A DNA stretch of 64,000 nucleotides from an uncultured archaeon (GCA_902384675.1 CABMCT010000031.1:3425-67424); one strand, 5' to 3'; positions 38,607 to 49,218 are shown, counted from the first letter of the stretch. The notes: a model not told the origin generated them from the letters alone. Numbers and translations are program-made.

Positions 38607-40937
38607 ATGTTGAAAAATATTTTGTGGCTGGATGAACTCGATAAAAGTTTTGTTGCTCTTGCAGGAAGAAAAGGCGCAAATCTTGGAGAACTCAAAAAAC
38701 CGGGATTTCCGGTTCCTGACGGGTTCGTGATTTCTACCGGTGTTTATAAGGCGATTATCAAGAATTCCGGCTTGTCAAAAAAGATTCAGGCGCTTTTATC
38801 AAACTCGGACATGCAGGATATAAGGATGCTTAATGAAGTATCTGATAAAATACAACCGTTAATATTTGCCGCAGAGTTTCCGGAAAGTATCAAAAAAGAA
38901 ATACGTGAGGCTTATAAAAGAATCGGCGGTCTGGTTGCTGTCCGAAGTTCTGCAACCGCAGAGGATTTAGAATGCTCATCTTTTGCAGGACAGTATGCCA
39001 CGTTCCTGAACGTGACTGAGGGTACTCTTATCGAATCTGTTAAAAAGTGCATTGCATCTTTATTCACACCGCGTGCGATTTCCTATAGAGAGCAAAATCG
39101 TATAGGTAGTAAGGATATTTCCATTGCAGTTATTGTGCAAAGAATGGTTGATTCAAAGAAGGCAGGTGTTGCTTTTTCTATAAATCCAGTAACAGGCAAC
39201 AAAGGCGAAACAGTAATTGAGGCTGTATCCGGTTTAGGCACGCAGGTTGTCGGCGGGGAGGTTATCCCGGACAATTATGTAGTTGCAAAAGATGCTGGTA
39301 AAATAAAGGAATGCCACACTGCCAAAGAGCCTACTCTTAGCGATTCCGAGATTATCTTGCTTTCTGAAAGTATAAGGAAAATCGAGGCGCACCAGAATGC
39401 ACCACAGGATATCGAATGGGCTATTGATAATTCAGGCAAGATACATATTCTGCAAGCGCGTTCTGTAACCGCAGTAAGTCCGAAGAAATCCGTATGGAAG
39501 AAAATCATGGCACGTGAGTATGGTGTGCAGTATACTGAAATGTCCTTGCGCTCTTTGAGCCCTGAGTGCAGTTTTATAATTGATGCGCCTTTTTACGAAC
39601 ACGTGTATGTGCCCGAGGATAAGAACGAGGCTCTTTATGTGGATGAGGCGAAATGGAATGCCTTTGTTTCTTCTCTGAAAAAGACGTATTTGGAGAACCC
39701 GAAGAACTACGAGAAATTTGAAAAGCAATTCATGGAAACCGGTAGCAGTTATGTAAAAACTGCAGAAAAAATATCCGAATCTGCACTTAATGGCAAAACA
39801 AATTCAGAGTTAAAAAAGGATTATCTTGCATATCAGAAAGCGTCTCTCAGATACGCGCCGTTTATCTGGGTACAGTTTTTGATTAATAATTTTTTTGCAG
39901 AAAAAGCCAGGGAAATAATTGGCAGTAGATTGGGCAGCAGCGAAAACCTGCCTGCTTTGTATGATATTGCTCTGAGGCCTGATAAAAAAGCTGCAGCATT
40001 CCAACTAAGTAAAGCGGCTTCTGAATGGGAAAAATTAGATGATGCTGGAAAAACTGAAGTATATGAAAAATTCAAATGGATGCCTTGTATGGATATTCAC
40101 AATCAGCCATGGACAAAGGAAGAATTCTTTTTGCATGTATCGGAATTCAAAAAGCCTGAAAAAAAGCAGGTCTTATCTTACGAAGCATTGATAAAGCAAC
40201 TTAATCCGTCAAAGAAAGAAAAAGAGGTTCTGGACATCGCAAAAAGGCTTGCATACCTGAAAGACTTAAAGGACGATTTCAGGAGGCAGGGAGTATTTTA
40301 CGGGCAGATACTATTCGGGAATATCGCAAACAGAATGGGCATAACACTGGAGGCAGCTTCATATTTATTAGAGTCGGAGATTATTGATTTTCTTGATAGC
40401 GGCAAAGCAGCACAGAAAAGCATTATTGACGAGCGGAAAAAGGGCTTTGTAATCTACTTCCAATGCTCGAAAGAGCTTGGAAGGCTTGAAAATCAGAATC
40501 ATATGCAAGAAGATTTTCATGATTACACACCTCAAAAAACCATATCATGCAAGGCAGGGCGCGATATAACATCTGTAATGAATCTGCTTGGGATAATCGC
40601 AGCTGAAAAATTCTCTGAAGAGATAAAAGGGACACCTGCATCGCTTGGCAATGCGAAAGGCTGTGTGAGAATTGTAAAAGGAGTTTCGGATTTGGGTAAA
40701 GTTATGAAGGGAGATATTATTGTAGCGATAACCACGCATCCTGATTATGTGCCTGCTATGCAAAGGGTTGTTGCAATAGTGACAGATGAAGGCGGCATTA
40801 CTTCGCATGCAGCGATAGTAGCGCGCGAATTAGGGTTGCCCTGCGTGGTCGGCACAAGGCATGCCACAAAGTCGCTGAAGGACGGAGACATAGTGGAAGT
40901 TGACGCGAATTTAGGGGTTGTGAGAAAGATATTGTGA
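38607..40937 (+). CDS. PEP synthase/rifampin phosphotransferase-like protein (ATP-grasp, central domain, swivelling His domain)
   Basis: KGANLGEL, AVRSSATAED, QDIEWA, GGITSHAAIVARE; no TIM-barrel domain. Confidence 0.88.
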   Translation: MLKNILWLDELDKSFVALAGRKGANLGELKKPGFPVPDGFVISTGVYKAIIKNSGLSKKIQALLSNSDMQDIRMLNEVSDKIQPLIFAAEFPESIKKEIREAYKRIGGLVAVRSSATAEDLECSSFAGQYATFLNVTEGTLIESVKKCIASLFTPRAISYREQNRIGSKDISIAVIVQRMVDSKKAGVAFSINPVTGNKGETVIEAVSGLGTQVVGGEVIPDNYVVAKDAGKIKECHTAKEPTLSDSEIILLSESIRKIEAHQNAPQDIEWAIDNSGKIHILQARSVTAVSPKKSVWKKIMAREYGVQYTEMSLRSLSPECSFIIDAPFYEHVYVPEDKNEALYVDEAKWNAFVSSLKKTYLENPKNYEKFEKQFMETGSSYVKTAEKISESALNGKTNSELKKDYLAYQKASLRYAPFIWVQFLINNFFAEKAREIIGSRLGSSENLPALYDIALRPDKKAAAFQLSKAASEWEKLDDAGKTEVYEKFKWMPCMDIHNQPWTKEEFFLHVSEFKKPEKKQVLSYEALIKQLNPSKKEKEVLDIAKRLAYLKDLKDDFRRQGVFYGQILFGNIANRMGITLEAASYLLESEIIDFLDSGKAAQKSIIDERKKGFVIYFQCSKELGRLENQNHMQEDFHDYTPQKTISCKAGRDITSVMNLLGIIAAEKFSEEIKGTPASLGNAKGCVRIVKGVSDLGKVMKGDIIVAITTHPDYVPAMQRVVAIVTDEGGITSHAAIVARELGLPCVVGTRHATKSLKDGDIVEVDANLGVVRKIL

Positions 40938-41007
40938 ATTTAAGCACAAATTTGATATACCTAACGATATAAAAGAGTTTAGGCTAATTCCCTATAAAGC
41001 GGATTTT

Positions 41008-42168
41008 ATGCTTTCCAACATTCCCAAAATGAATCTCATCCAGTTTCTTTTTCATTTGCAGTTTTTCGCAGCGGTTACTGTGCCGTTTTTTACAGAATGG
41101 GGCGGGCTTAATTTCAGGCAGGTCATGCTGCTGCAGTCATGGTTTCTTTTCTGGGTTTTTGCATTTGAAGTTCCCACAGGAGCGTTTGCGGACAAATTAG
41201 GAAGGAAAAAATCAATAGTCCTTGGCTGCATTACTGCGGGTATTGGAGCATTTGTCTACAGCAGCATCCCAAGCATTTACATCTTTATGCTGGCAGAATT
41301 TTTGTGGGCTCTTGGCACTGCTTTTATTTCCGGGGCAGATGAGGCAATAATCTATGACACGCTCAAGACTTTCAAGCTGCAGGCGCGCTCAAAGGACACT
41401 TTCGCGAAATATTCAATGATACTCTCGCTTGCATTCATAATCGCATCGCCGCTTGGAAGTATTATTGCGGTAAAATTCGGGCTTAATTACCCTATGCTCT
41501 TTTCCGGAGTCCCGATGGCGCTGGCAGGAATTATTGCGCTGACGCTAAAAGAGCCGAAAAGAAAGGCAGAGACAAAACGGAATTATTTGTCCATAATGAA
41601 AGAAAGCATGCTATATATCAGGAGGCATCCGAAGCTGCGGCCGCTTGTGATTAATTCAATTCTGGGGGGTGCCCTGCTTTATTACATCCTGTGGCTGTAC
41701 CAGGTCATGCTTAAGAACTCCGGTGTGGGGATAGGGTTTTATGGCTGGGTTTCCTCGGGGATGAATATTTTTCTGATACTGCTCCTGTCGCAAATCACGC
41801 GGCTTGAGGCGCTTTTGGGAAGAAAAAACCTGATTGCTGCGACGCTGTTAATTCCCGGGATTGCTTTTGTTGCAGGGGCATTTATAACGAATTTTGTTGT
41901 TACTATTCTTTTGATACTTGCAATTTTTGGCGCATGGGGTTTCAGGGCCCCGCTTTATTCCTCGTATTTCAATGTGCACATTCCGTCAAAGAGCCGCGCA
42001 ACAATGCTTTCCTCGATTTCAATGCTCGCTAAAATAGCTGCGGCAGTGCTGAATCTGTTTGTCGGCGCAATGATGGACTGGTCGGTGCAGGGCACGATGA
42101 TTGCGATTGGGGTTGCTGCGCTAGGAGTTGCGGTTTTTAGCAGGGTGAGAGAAGAAGAGTTGAAGTAA
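41008..42168 (+). CDS. MFS transporter
   Basis: EVPTGAFADKLGRK, SGADEA; about 12 TM segments. Confidence 0.9.
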   Translation: MLSNIPKMNLIQFLFHLQFFAAVTVPFFTEWGGLNFRQVMLLQSWFLFWVFAFEVPTGAFADKLGRKKSIVLGCITAGIGAFVYSSIPSIYIFMLAEFLWALGTAFISGADEAIIYDTLKTFKLQARSKDTFAKYSMILSLAFIIASPLGSIIAVKFGLNYPMLFSGVPMALAGIIALTLKEPKRKAETKRNYLSIMKESMLYIRRHPKLRPLVINSILGGALLYYILWLYQVMLKNSGVGIGFYGWVSSGMNIFLILLLSQITRLEALLGRKNLIAATLLIPGIAFVAGAFITNFVVTILLILAIFGAWGFRAPLYSSYFNVHIPSKSRATMLSSISMLAKIAAAVLNLFVGAMMDWSVQGTMIAIGVAALGVAVFSRVREEELK

Positions 42169-42243
42169 TGATAGATGTTTTCTTGAAGAACACCGAAATT
42201 ACCAATGATAACGAATTTAAATCTACTTTAAAGTAGTACTTAC

Positions 42244-42972
42244 ATGGTTACGCTATTCGGTCCGTATAACCTTAATGAAGCCCGAGCAATCTCTATATCA
42301 GATCCTGTAGATTGTACATATTGGAAGAGTAGAACCCATCTTGAAGATGCTGGTGTGGGCGCTTTGCATCTTGCGGGCATAAAGAAAGCAGGTTGCAGGA
42401 GCCATCACTTTGGAGGAGAAATATCAACAATAACTTATCGCGGCGCGAAGATAGTACAATGCAATATTGATAATGCAGAAGGCGCTTACATTTGTTCGGA
42501 TAAACTAGCACCCGTTTTCTCCAAAGGGCTTGATTTGTTGATTGAGGAAAAGCTGAACCCAGAAAGCGAAATTAACAAAAGGTTAAGCGAAGGGCGCAAA
42601 ATGGTAGAAGAGGGGCTTAAAAGCGCCATTATGGATGCTGATGAACTTTCGAAGATAAAGCAATCAGCGATTTTTGAACTAATTGACGAACCTGCTTTAC
42701 GGGGCATGAAGAAAAAGTGTATACCTAAGTACGTTTCCGAAACAGAGTTGATTGATTTTATAGAAGGATTTTACCATCCGAACTTAGCAGGAAGAAATGT
42801 GAATATTGGAATGGTTCTTTATTATTTTAGTTTACCTGTCGGACATTTAATAGAACCTGCAATTAAAGAGCAAATAGATATCTTTAGGACATATAACTCT
42901 TTAGATGATCCAAAAGTTTGGGAGAACTGCTTGAGGCAAAATCCTGAAGAACTCTTATTTGGAGAAGAGTGA
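42244..42972 (+). CDS. Hypothetical protein
   Basis: 242-aa ORF. Confidence 0.65.
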   Translation: MVTLFGPYNLNEARAISISDPVDCTYWKSRTHLEDAGVGALHLAGIKKAGCRSHHFGGEISTITYRGAKIVQCNIDNAEGAYICSDKLAPVFSKGLDLLIEEKLNPESEINKRLSEGRKMVEEGLKSAIMDADELSKIKQSAIFELIDEPALRGMKKKCIPKYVSETELIDFIEGFYHPNLAGRNVNIGMVLYYFSLPVGHLIEPAIKEQIDIFRTYNSLDDPKVWENCLRQNPEELLFGEE

Positions 42973-42991
42973 TTTATCCGGTAAATACGCT

Positions 42992-43174
42992 TTATTTCTT
43001 AATCTCCGTGTACCCGCACCCGCCGCAGTAGACGCGGTTTTTCATCTGGGCCAGGAAATTCCTGCATTTGGGGCACTGCCTGTTCTTGCGAACAACGCCG
43101 CCTTCTTTGACTTCGTAAAGCTTCCACATTTGCACGTTCTTGTGCTTGTTTTTTGACTTGGGTTTTTTGGGAAT
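42992..43174 (-). CDS. rps27ae: Ribosomal protein eS31 (S27ae); start uncertain, possibly ATT
   Basis: PKKPKSKNKHKNVQMWKLYEVKEGGVVRKNRQCPKC...CGGCGYTE; not in the ORF track. Confidence 0.9.
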   Translation of the reverse strand: MPKKPKSKNKHKNVQMWKLYEVKEGGVVRKNRQCPKCRNFLAQMKNRVYCGGCGYTEIKK

Positions 43175-43241
43175 AGTAATCGCCTGCGAACCATTAACGG
43201 TAATAAAGCTTTAAATATGTTTGTTTTGCGGGCTAATGCAA

Positions 43242-43961
43242 TCAGCGGGGGCGGATTATCTCGATAGTTACATTACGCATCAACAGTGATTCAGGCGCTC
43301 CTTCCATGTTTTTCGTTTTCTGCAGTCCTACATAGACGTCTATTTTCTTGCCTGTTACGCCAAAAAATTTATCATCCGCATAAAATGTCTTGTTCATTAG
43401 AAGCTCTTTAACCCATCCATAGCTATTCTCTTTTCCAGAACCTAAGTCCTTGAAACGTATTATAGTGCCGGGTGGAAGCGGCGGATTTACTGCTATGCTT
43501 GCCCGCTCGCTTGTCCATGATACGAGCTCATTCCCGTATGCTCCTAATGATTTATCAGAAAGATAATATGTTTTTCCGTTATCGACATTATAATCATAGT
43601 GCAGGAATTTGCCTGGGTTTCCTTTGCCATCACCCTTTCCGGCGCCATCTATCCTTATTTGTTCGAGGAAATCGCTTTTATAGAATCCCAGCGATTTCCC
43701 GCCTGAATCAAAGACCTCCACTTTATTGCCGGAATAAACATCCTCATTGACGTCCTGATAAGATGTAATTGTCCAGCCGGATGAAATTTCAAGATTTTCG
43801 GGCGCAGCAGGAGTTCCATTATTACTCCCGGTCGGGTTGGAGACATTCGATGGCGCTGCAGGATTATTCTTTGATTCCCTGTTCCCTGAAAGCGCAAATG
43901 CCGCCAGAACTGCAGCTAGTGCAATGCATCCTACAATTATCGCGAACTTTCTCCTTGACAT
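43242..43961 (-). CDS. Secreted or anchored protein with a 3D-domain-like C-terminus
   Basis: Signal anchor; SIAVNP..PPGT, ADD, KIDVYVG. Confidence 0.6.
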   Translation of the reverse strand: MSRRKFAIIVGCIALAAVLAAFALSGNRESKNNPAAPSNVSNPTGSNNGTPAAPENLEISSGWTITSYQDVNEDVYSGNKVEVFDSGGKSLGFYKSDFLEQIRIDGAGKGDGKGNPGKFLHYDYNVDNGKTYYLSDKSLGAYGNELVSWTSERASIAVNPPLPPGTIIRFKDLGSGKENSYGWVKELLMNKTFYADDKFFGVTGKKIDVYVGLQKTKNMEGAPESLLMRNVTIEIIRPR

Positions 43962-43984
43962 AAAATGCGCTCCCTTTCTTGGTT

Positions 43985-44195
43985 TATTTTCCAGTTTGGG
44001 TTCAATACCCCGTAGCTCTGCTACGACCGAACTGGAAAAGATAGAAAATTGCCGGTCGCCCGAAGGGCGAAAAATTTGCGCAATACTCCGCAGCTTGCTG
44101 CGGTTGAGATGTGCAAATTTTAGGCAATTTTCTTTATTAATTAATTAGCTAACCGCGCTTTTTTGATAGCTGCGGTCTACGCGGTTGGCTAAAAT
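43985..44195. repeat. Cluster of nested imperfect palindromes including two ATAC(C/T)CCG(T/C)AGCT..GCT(A/G)CG units
   Basis: Units at about 44006-44026 and 44083-44103 sit inside larger hairpins. Confidence 0.6.
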
Positions 44196-44221
44196 CTGAA
44201 CTTCTTTTTGCTTTTTATGTA

Positions 44222-47200
44222 TCAGGACACGGTTCCTTGTTTTCTGAAAAGTCCTGTCAGTAGGCGCTTTTTTGCCGCAAGATAAAGCGCAGCCAGAACT
44301 GCCAGGACCGTCAAGCCTATGACGCCCGCCCTTCCTCTGGAATCTGCAGATAAAAGGTTTCCGGTAACTTTACTTTCAGGCGTTGTACCCGGCGATGTTG
44401 ATAGGGTTGTCTGGTTGCTGGCATTGAGCGCGATCTGCCTGCCGCACGATTGGCTGGTTGCCGGGCGGTCTTTCTTTGTGTCGCACTTGTTGATATCTGC
44501 ACATTCCCTTGTTTGCGAGCCGTTAACACAGCCGGACCAGGAACTGCATATCCACCGCTCAGAGCAGGATCTGCTTGACGCTTTGGTCAGGCCGAGGCTG
44601 TCGGTAATTTCATCTTTTATTTCTTCCGCTTTCTGGCTGACAGACGCGCTCCATCCTCCGCCGCCGGATGAAGGCGGAACCTGGGGCGACATATCGTCTT
44701 CATTTGTAGTGTTCCCTGTCGAATTCCCTGTATTGTTGCCTGTAAAGTTTCCAGTGAAATTTCCGGTTGTGTTGCCAGTCGAGTTTCCTGTTGTATTTCC
44801 GCCGGTGTTATTTGTTGGCTGCGTCGGGTGCCTCAGGTTATATACATCCTGGCCCTTTATGAGCCTGAACCTGCTGTCGTTTTTTAGCATCTCAAGCGTT
44901 CTGGTATATGTGTCCCATTTTGTTTGATTGAGCGTATCGCTTGAGTCGTTGGTCCTGAAGTCCTGCTGGTGTGCCATCAGCGGAATGACCGTTGTGCCGT
45001 TTATGTAAAGCGCATGGTCATTCTGGAAGTCCAGCAGATTCTGTATTACCTCGTTCGGCTGCTTGAATATTTCATTTGGACCCGGGTGCCCGCTTTGCGT
45101 AAAGCTTACAGAGTACTGGGTGATGTCAAAGTCAGGCAGCGAATCGGTATAGCCGTGCTCAGGGGTTATATACTCCTCAAGATATATGTTGAACCCGAGG
45201 TCATGCACTGCCGAGCGTATGGTTGGGTCGAATCTTCCGTACAACTGGTTATATGTGCGGGGCGCGCTCACGTTGCTTGTGTTCAGGATTTGCTGCATTT
45301 TGCTTTTGAAGTAATCCTGGTCCGAGCCGATTATCGCCTTAACCTCATCGTACGACATATTGTCCAAATCTCTTTCGCTTGTTCCCTGGCTCTTGGTGGC
45401 AAGCTCGCAGTTTGGGCATTTGTACATATTGGCAACGGCATTGTTGAATTGCGCATCGTCTTTGATGGTTTTTGAATAAAAGCTGAATGTTACGCTTATG
45501 TTATTGTCCTGGTGCCATTTCCTGAGCTGGTCATAGAAGTAAAACCAGCCCGAATCTATGCTGCCGTCAATGTCGCCGATATAAGGCACTACATACGCTT
45601 TTAGTGTTGTTGCGTTTTTGGTTATGTTTTTGCAATCAGCAGTGCAGGTGCTATTTGCAGCGCCGTTCTGTGCGCCGAGGTCGCATTCTTCCGGCGCTTC
45701 TACTATGCTGTTGCCGCAAGTTGCGTTCACACTGTTATTTGAGCCGGATACGGATATTTCAACAGTATTGCTATTTTTTGCAGGCACGTTGAATCGGATA
45801 TAATCCCTGTTGCCTACAATAAGCTTGGTGAATCCTGTATCTGCCCCGTTTACAGCAACTTTGGAAACATTGCCGCTTCCGACGTGCACCCTAAGCGTCA
45901 GGCCTTTGTCGAATATCGTTGCGTTCAGCGGATTGACGACATTGAATTTTATTCCTGTTGATGTGTTTGCGATGTCAGTTACCGTGGTTGCCTGCCGCTC
46001 TTTTATGTATTTTGCCACGCTGCCGATAGTGTCGACCCATATGTTTTTGGTCTTAATGTAATCCATAATTTCCGGATTGTTGCAGTAGTCGTGGTAGACA
46101 TAATTTACCCAGTCCCGGTAATTCTCGGCTACATCTGCCAGCGTGAAATAATCCGGCGGGGTGTCGCCGAAATTCAGGCTGTTGACGCTCTTAAGATTCC
46201 AGAAATCTTCGGGATTCTTGGATTCTATCTGGTTAATGTGGTATCCTCTTGCAAACTGAAAGTACGGGGAAAGCCAGTCTGCATATTCAGGGAAATAATT
46301 GCCGCAGGGCCAGTCGTATGTGACTAATTTAGATGCAGGCATCCCGATATTTTGCGTGATTTCCGCGATATTCTCCTGCGTGTCGCTGGTTAAGAAAGTT
46401 TTATCAAGCGGCGTTGCTGTGCAGGCATGAGATACCGAATGTCCGCCTATCTCATGGCCTTTTGCGTATGCGTTTCTCCAGATATCCCAATCTGATTGAT
46501 TGTATGTGTTGGTATATGCCAGGAAATACGTTCCTTTGATGCCTTTTTCATCCAGCTTGTCCTGGCACACCGCCTTTACATAACCAAGCGTGGGCTGGAA
46601 TCCGTCGTCCATCGAGAATGATGCGGCACCTTCGGAGCAGTTTTGCCAGTTGCATACTTCAATAGAGTTGCTGCTTATTTTTCCGAAAGCGAACCTGTGC
46701 TCCATGCTGTACGGGTTTACTTTGCCGCTTGAGCTTGCACATTTGTAATATATTTCTGCGGAATTGTTTGCAGGCCTGGTCATATTATATGAATGAGTCA
46801 GGCCGTCTGTTGTCGAAAGACCGGTGCCGCCACCCATGATGAAATTCTTATCCTTGCCGAATTCGCATGTTGACGGAATATCGGTAGAGATTTGGAGCCG
46901 GACGCTGTTTTGCGAATCGTCAATCAGCTTGTCCTGTTCCGGGCTGGCTATGCTTATTTTCGGATAGGTGTCTGATGTGCCGCAAAGCTTTGCCGCATCT
47001 ATTGCAGCGAAGCTCCAGCCGCATGTCTCAACCATTGCCTTGTTTGTCTTGAAATTCAGGTCGCTGAAATTGTAATCTATATTGCAACTGCTGCCATTCA
47101 AGCCAAGGCCCCGGTCAATGGCGCCCGCCTGTGCAAGATACCAGCTGTTGTTTCTCCAGAACCAGACCCTGTTGATGCATAAATCATAATCGCCAAAAAT

Positions 47201-48013
47201 GGTCAGGTTTGCCGGGTATGTATACGGGAATGTTAATGTGATATTTGAAGGGACATTCCATGCCGCTTTTTGCCATGCTGTTTTCGGTGAAGGCGCAGTG
47301 CCGCAGTTTCCATCAGAATCCGGTGCCCCTGTCGCATAAATCGCTTCGTATCCAGGCAGCTCGCTTGACGATTCTGCACTTAACGCGTATGAGCATCCTG
47401 TTCCGGATATGTTCTCGATTTTACAATTTGCGCTGCAGCCGCTGCCTGCCTGGCCGTTCTGTGCGCCGAGGTCGCATTCTTCCGGCGCCTCTATCTTGCC
47501 ATTTCCGCAAACAGGGCCTGTCGGAATAGACCCGCACAATTGTACTGCATCAGTAGAGCTCCATGACCATCCGCATGTCTGGAGTATCACTGTGTCAACC
47601 GGGAAATTGGCATTTACATTACGTACAGAAGTGCAATTATTATCAATGCTGTTTTGAACCAATTGTTTTTTGCCTGTGGTGCTGTTTGCGACCCACATGC
47701 TATTTGTGCACATATCATAGTCGCCGATTACTGTGATGTTATTTGCATTAACTGAGGTGTTGTATCGCAATGTAAGGTTCGCCATAATGTTCCAGTTTTG
47801 CGGAGCCCATGAATAACCCGGGCCGCTCCAGTTGCTGCACTCCCCTCCGGACGGCGCATCAGGAATACCGATGGCGTATATTGCCCTTGATGCATCGCTC
47901 TCGGAAGTTGCGCTTGCCTCGGAGGCATATTGGCAGACATCTTCTGCATATGCGTTGTTCAACGACATCAGGGCCATAACAGCCAGTGCCGAAATCAAAA
48001 TTGATGTTTTCAT
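44222..48013 (-). CDS. Large surface protein with two polysaccharide deacetylase-like domains and Cys-rich repeats
   Basis: Signal peptide; two CGNxxxEAPEECDLG repeats; SMDDG, HEIGGHSVSH; TGN(S/F/T) repeats; C-terminal TM. Confidence 0.8.
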   Translation of the reverse strand: MKTSILISALAVMALMSLNNAYAEDVCQYASEASATSESDASRAIYAIGIPDAPSGGECSNWSGPGYSWAPQNWNIMANLTLRYNTSVNANNITVIGDYDMCTNSMWVANSTTGKKQLVQNSIDNNCTSVRNVNANFPVDTVILQTCGWSWSSTDAVQLCGSIPTGPVCGNGKIEAPEECDLGAQNGQAGSGCSANCKIENISGTGCSYALSAESSSELPGYEAIYATGAPDSDGNCGTAPSPKTAWQKAAWNVPSNITLTFPYTYPANLTIFGDYDLCINRVWFWRNNSWYLAQAGAIDRGLGLNGSSCNIDYNFSDLNFKTNKAMVETCGWSFAAIDAAKLCGTSDTYPKISIASPEQDKLIDDSQNSVRLQISTDIPSTCEFGKDKNFIMGGGTGLSTTDGLTHSYNMTRPANNSAEIYYKCASSSGKVNPYSMEHRFAFGKISSNSIEVCNWQNCSEGAASFSMDDGFQPTLGYVKAVCQDKLDEKGIKGTYFLAYTNTYNQSDWDIWRNAYAKGHEIGGHSVSHACTATPLDKTFLTSDTQENIAEITQNIGMPASKLVTYDWPCGNYFPEYADWLSPYFQFARGYHINQIESKNPEDFWNLKSVNSLNFGDTPPDYFTLADVAENYRDWVNYVYHDYCNNPEIMDYIKTKNIWVDTIGSVAKYIKERQATTVTDIANTSTGIKFNVVNPLNATIFDKGLTLRVHVGSGNVSKVAVNGADTGFTKLIVGNRDYIRFNVPAKNSNTVEISVSGSNNSVNATCGNSIVEAPEECDLGAQNGAANSTCTADCKNITKNATTLKAYVVPYIGDIDGSIDSGWFYFYDQLRKWHQDNNISVTFSFYSKTIKDDAQFNNAVANMYKCPNCELATKSQGTSERDLDNMSYDEVKAIIGSDQDYFKSKMQQILNTSNVSAPRTYNQLYGRFDPTIRSAVHDLGFNIYLEEYITPEHGYTDSLPDFDITQYSVSFTQSGHPGPNEIFKQPNEVIQNLLDFQNDHALYINGTTVIPLMAHQQDFRTNDSSDTLNQTKWDTYTRTLEMLKNDSRFRLIKGQDVYNLRHPTQPTNNTGGNTTGNSTGNTTGNFTGNFTGNNTGNSTGNTTNEDDMSPQVPPSSGGGGWSASVSQKAEEIKDEITDSLGLTKASSRSCSERWICSSWSGCVNGSQTRECADINKCDTKKDRPATSQSCGRQIALNASNQTTLSTSPGTTPESKVTGNLLSADSRGRAGVIGLTVLAVLAALYLAAKKRLLTGLFRKQGTVS

Positions 48014-48066
48014 AATTGATCACTATGAATGATTTATTCTCCCAGGAAACTGCAGAGTACGCCCTG

Positions 48067-49194
48067 TTATCTCATATGGTTCGGAGAGCCATTAGCCCAG
48101 ACCCTATTTATAGATTTGCAGATACGGCTAATTTCTTCGTCATTTAGCGACGGGTAAATCGGTACTGAAATTGCACGGCTCATGGCGCGCTCTGCGTTTG
48201 GGAATTCACCGCATTTACCGAAGTATTTGTGCAGCGGCCTGAAAACCGGCTTTGCGCAATTGACGCCGCATTTCTTCATCGCTTCAATGTATTTGTCCGG
48301 ATTATCGACTTCGACAACATACCTGAAACATATGCCATCCCGATTCGTTCTGCCATCCATACCGATGCGCTCAAACGCATCATCATAAATTTTTGCGATT
48401 TCATTTCTTCGCCTGATGAAAGAGTCAAGCTGCCTTAACTGGCTTCTTCCAAGAGCTGCGGCAAAGTCGGCCATTTCATAATTATAAGAAACGGCGTAGC
48501 CTTCCCGCTCGTCATATTTCGTCAAATCCGCAAATCTGTCCAGTAACTGCGGCGAGTTTGCCAGAGCCATTCCTCCATGGCCGGTTGTCAGGACTTTTGT
48601 TGCATAAAACGAAAATATGGACAAGTCCCCGAGGCTGCCGAGCTTTTTTCCTTTATACTCCGCACCTATTGCCTGCGCGCAGTCTTCGATGAGCGGCACA
48701 TCTATTTTTAGCAGCCTGTCAAGATTTGCCGGGATGCCGAACATGTGCGGCACAATTATTGCTTTTGTTTTTTTTGATAATTTTTCCTCAACCGATTCAG
48801 GGCTGATATTATATCCGCCGGGCTCTATGTCTGCAAGTACCGGCGTTGCTCCGGTGTAATTTACTGCGCTAAGCACCGATGCGCAAACATAAGTCGGTAG
48901 CACAACCTCATCGCCGGATTTTATACCAAGAGCCTTAAGCGCAAGATGCAGGGCATTGGTGCCCGAGTTTGCGGCGACACCCATGCGGACACCTATAAAG
49001 CTACTCATCTCTTTTTCAAACAAGCCAACCTCTTTGCGGGATGCAATTTGTCCGCTAAGCAGATTGCGGGCTACAGAATCCATGTCTCTCTTGCTGATTG
49101 TCGGCCTTGAGTGCGGAATTATCATTTGATCACTTCGAATAGTCGAAGACTTTCGAAGGCTTGAAAATCTGTGCGATTGCCTGAAGATTTTCAT
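48067..49194 (-). CDS. DegT/DnrJ/EryC1/StrS PLP aminotransferase; 5' end repeat-derived
   Basis: NSGTNALHLAL, IEDCAQA, SFYATK. Confidence 0.92.
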   Translation of the reverse strand: MKIFRQSHRFSSLRKSSTIRSDQMIIPHSRPTISKRDMDSVARNLLSGQIASRKEVGLFEKEMSSFIGVRMGVAANSGTNALHLALKALGIKSGDEVVLPTYVCASVLSAVNYTGATPVLADIEPGGYNISPESVEEKLSKKTKAIIVPHMFGIPANLDRLLKIDVPLIEDCAQAIGAEYKGKKLGSLGDLSIFSFYATKVLTTGHGGMALANSPQLLDRFADLTKYDEREGYAVSYNYEMADFAAALGRSQLRQLDSFIRRRNEIAKIYDDAFERIGMDGRTNRDGICFRYVVEVDNPDKYIEAMKKCGVNCAKPVFRPLHKYFGKCGEFPNAERAMSRAISVPIYPSLNDEEISRICKSINRVWANGSPNHMR

Positions 49195-49218
49195 GACCTC
49201 CTAATATCCTTTGGCTCT

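Noticed and set aside
44700-44815. TGN(T/S/F/N) tandem repeat as a DNA repeat element
   Set aside because: It is a coding low-complexity linker with N-glycosylation sequons in the surface protein.
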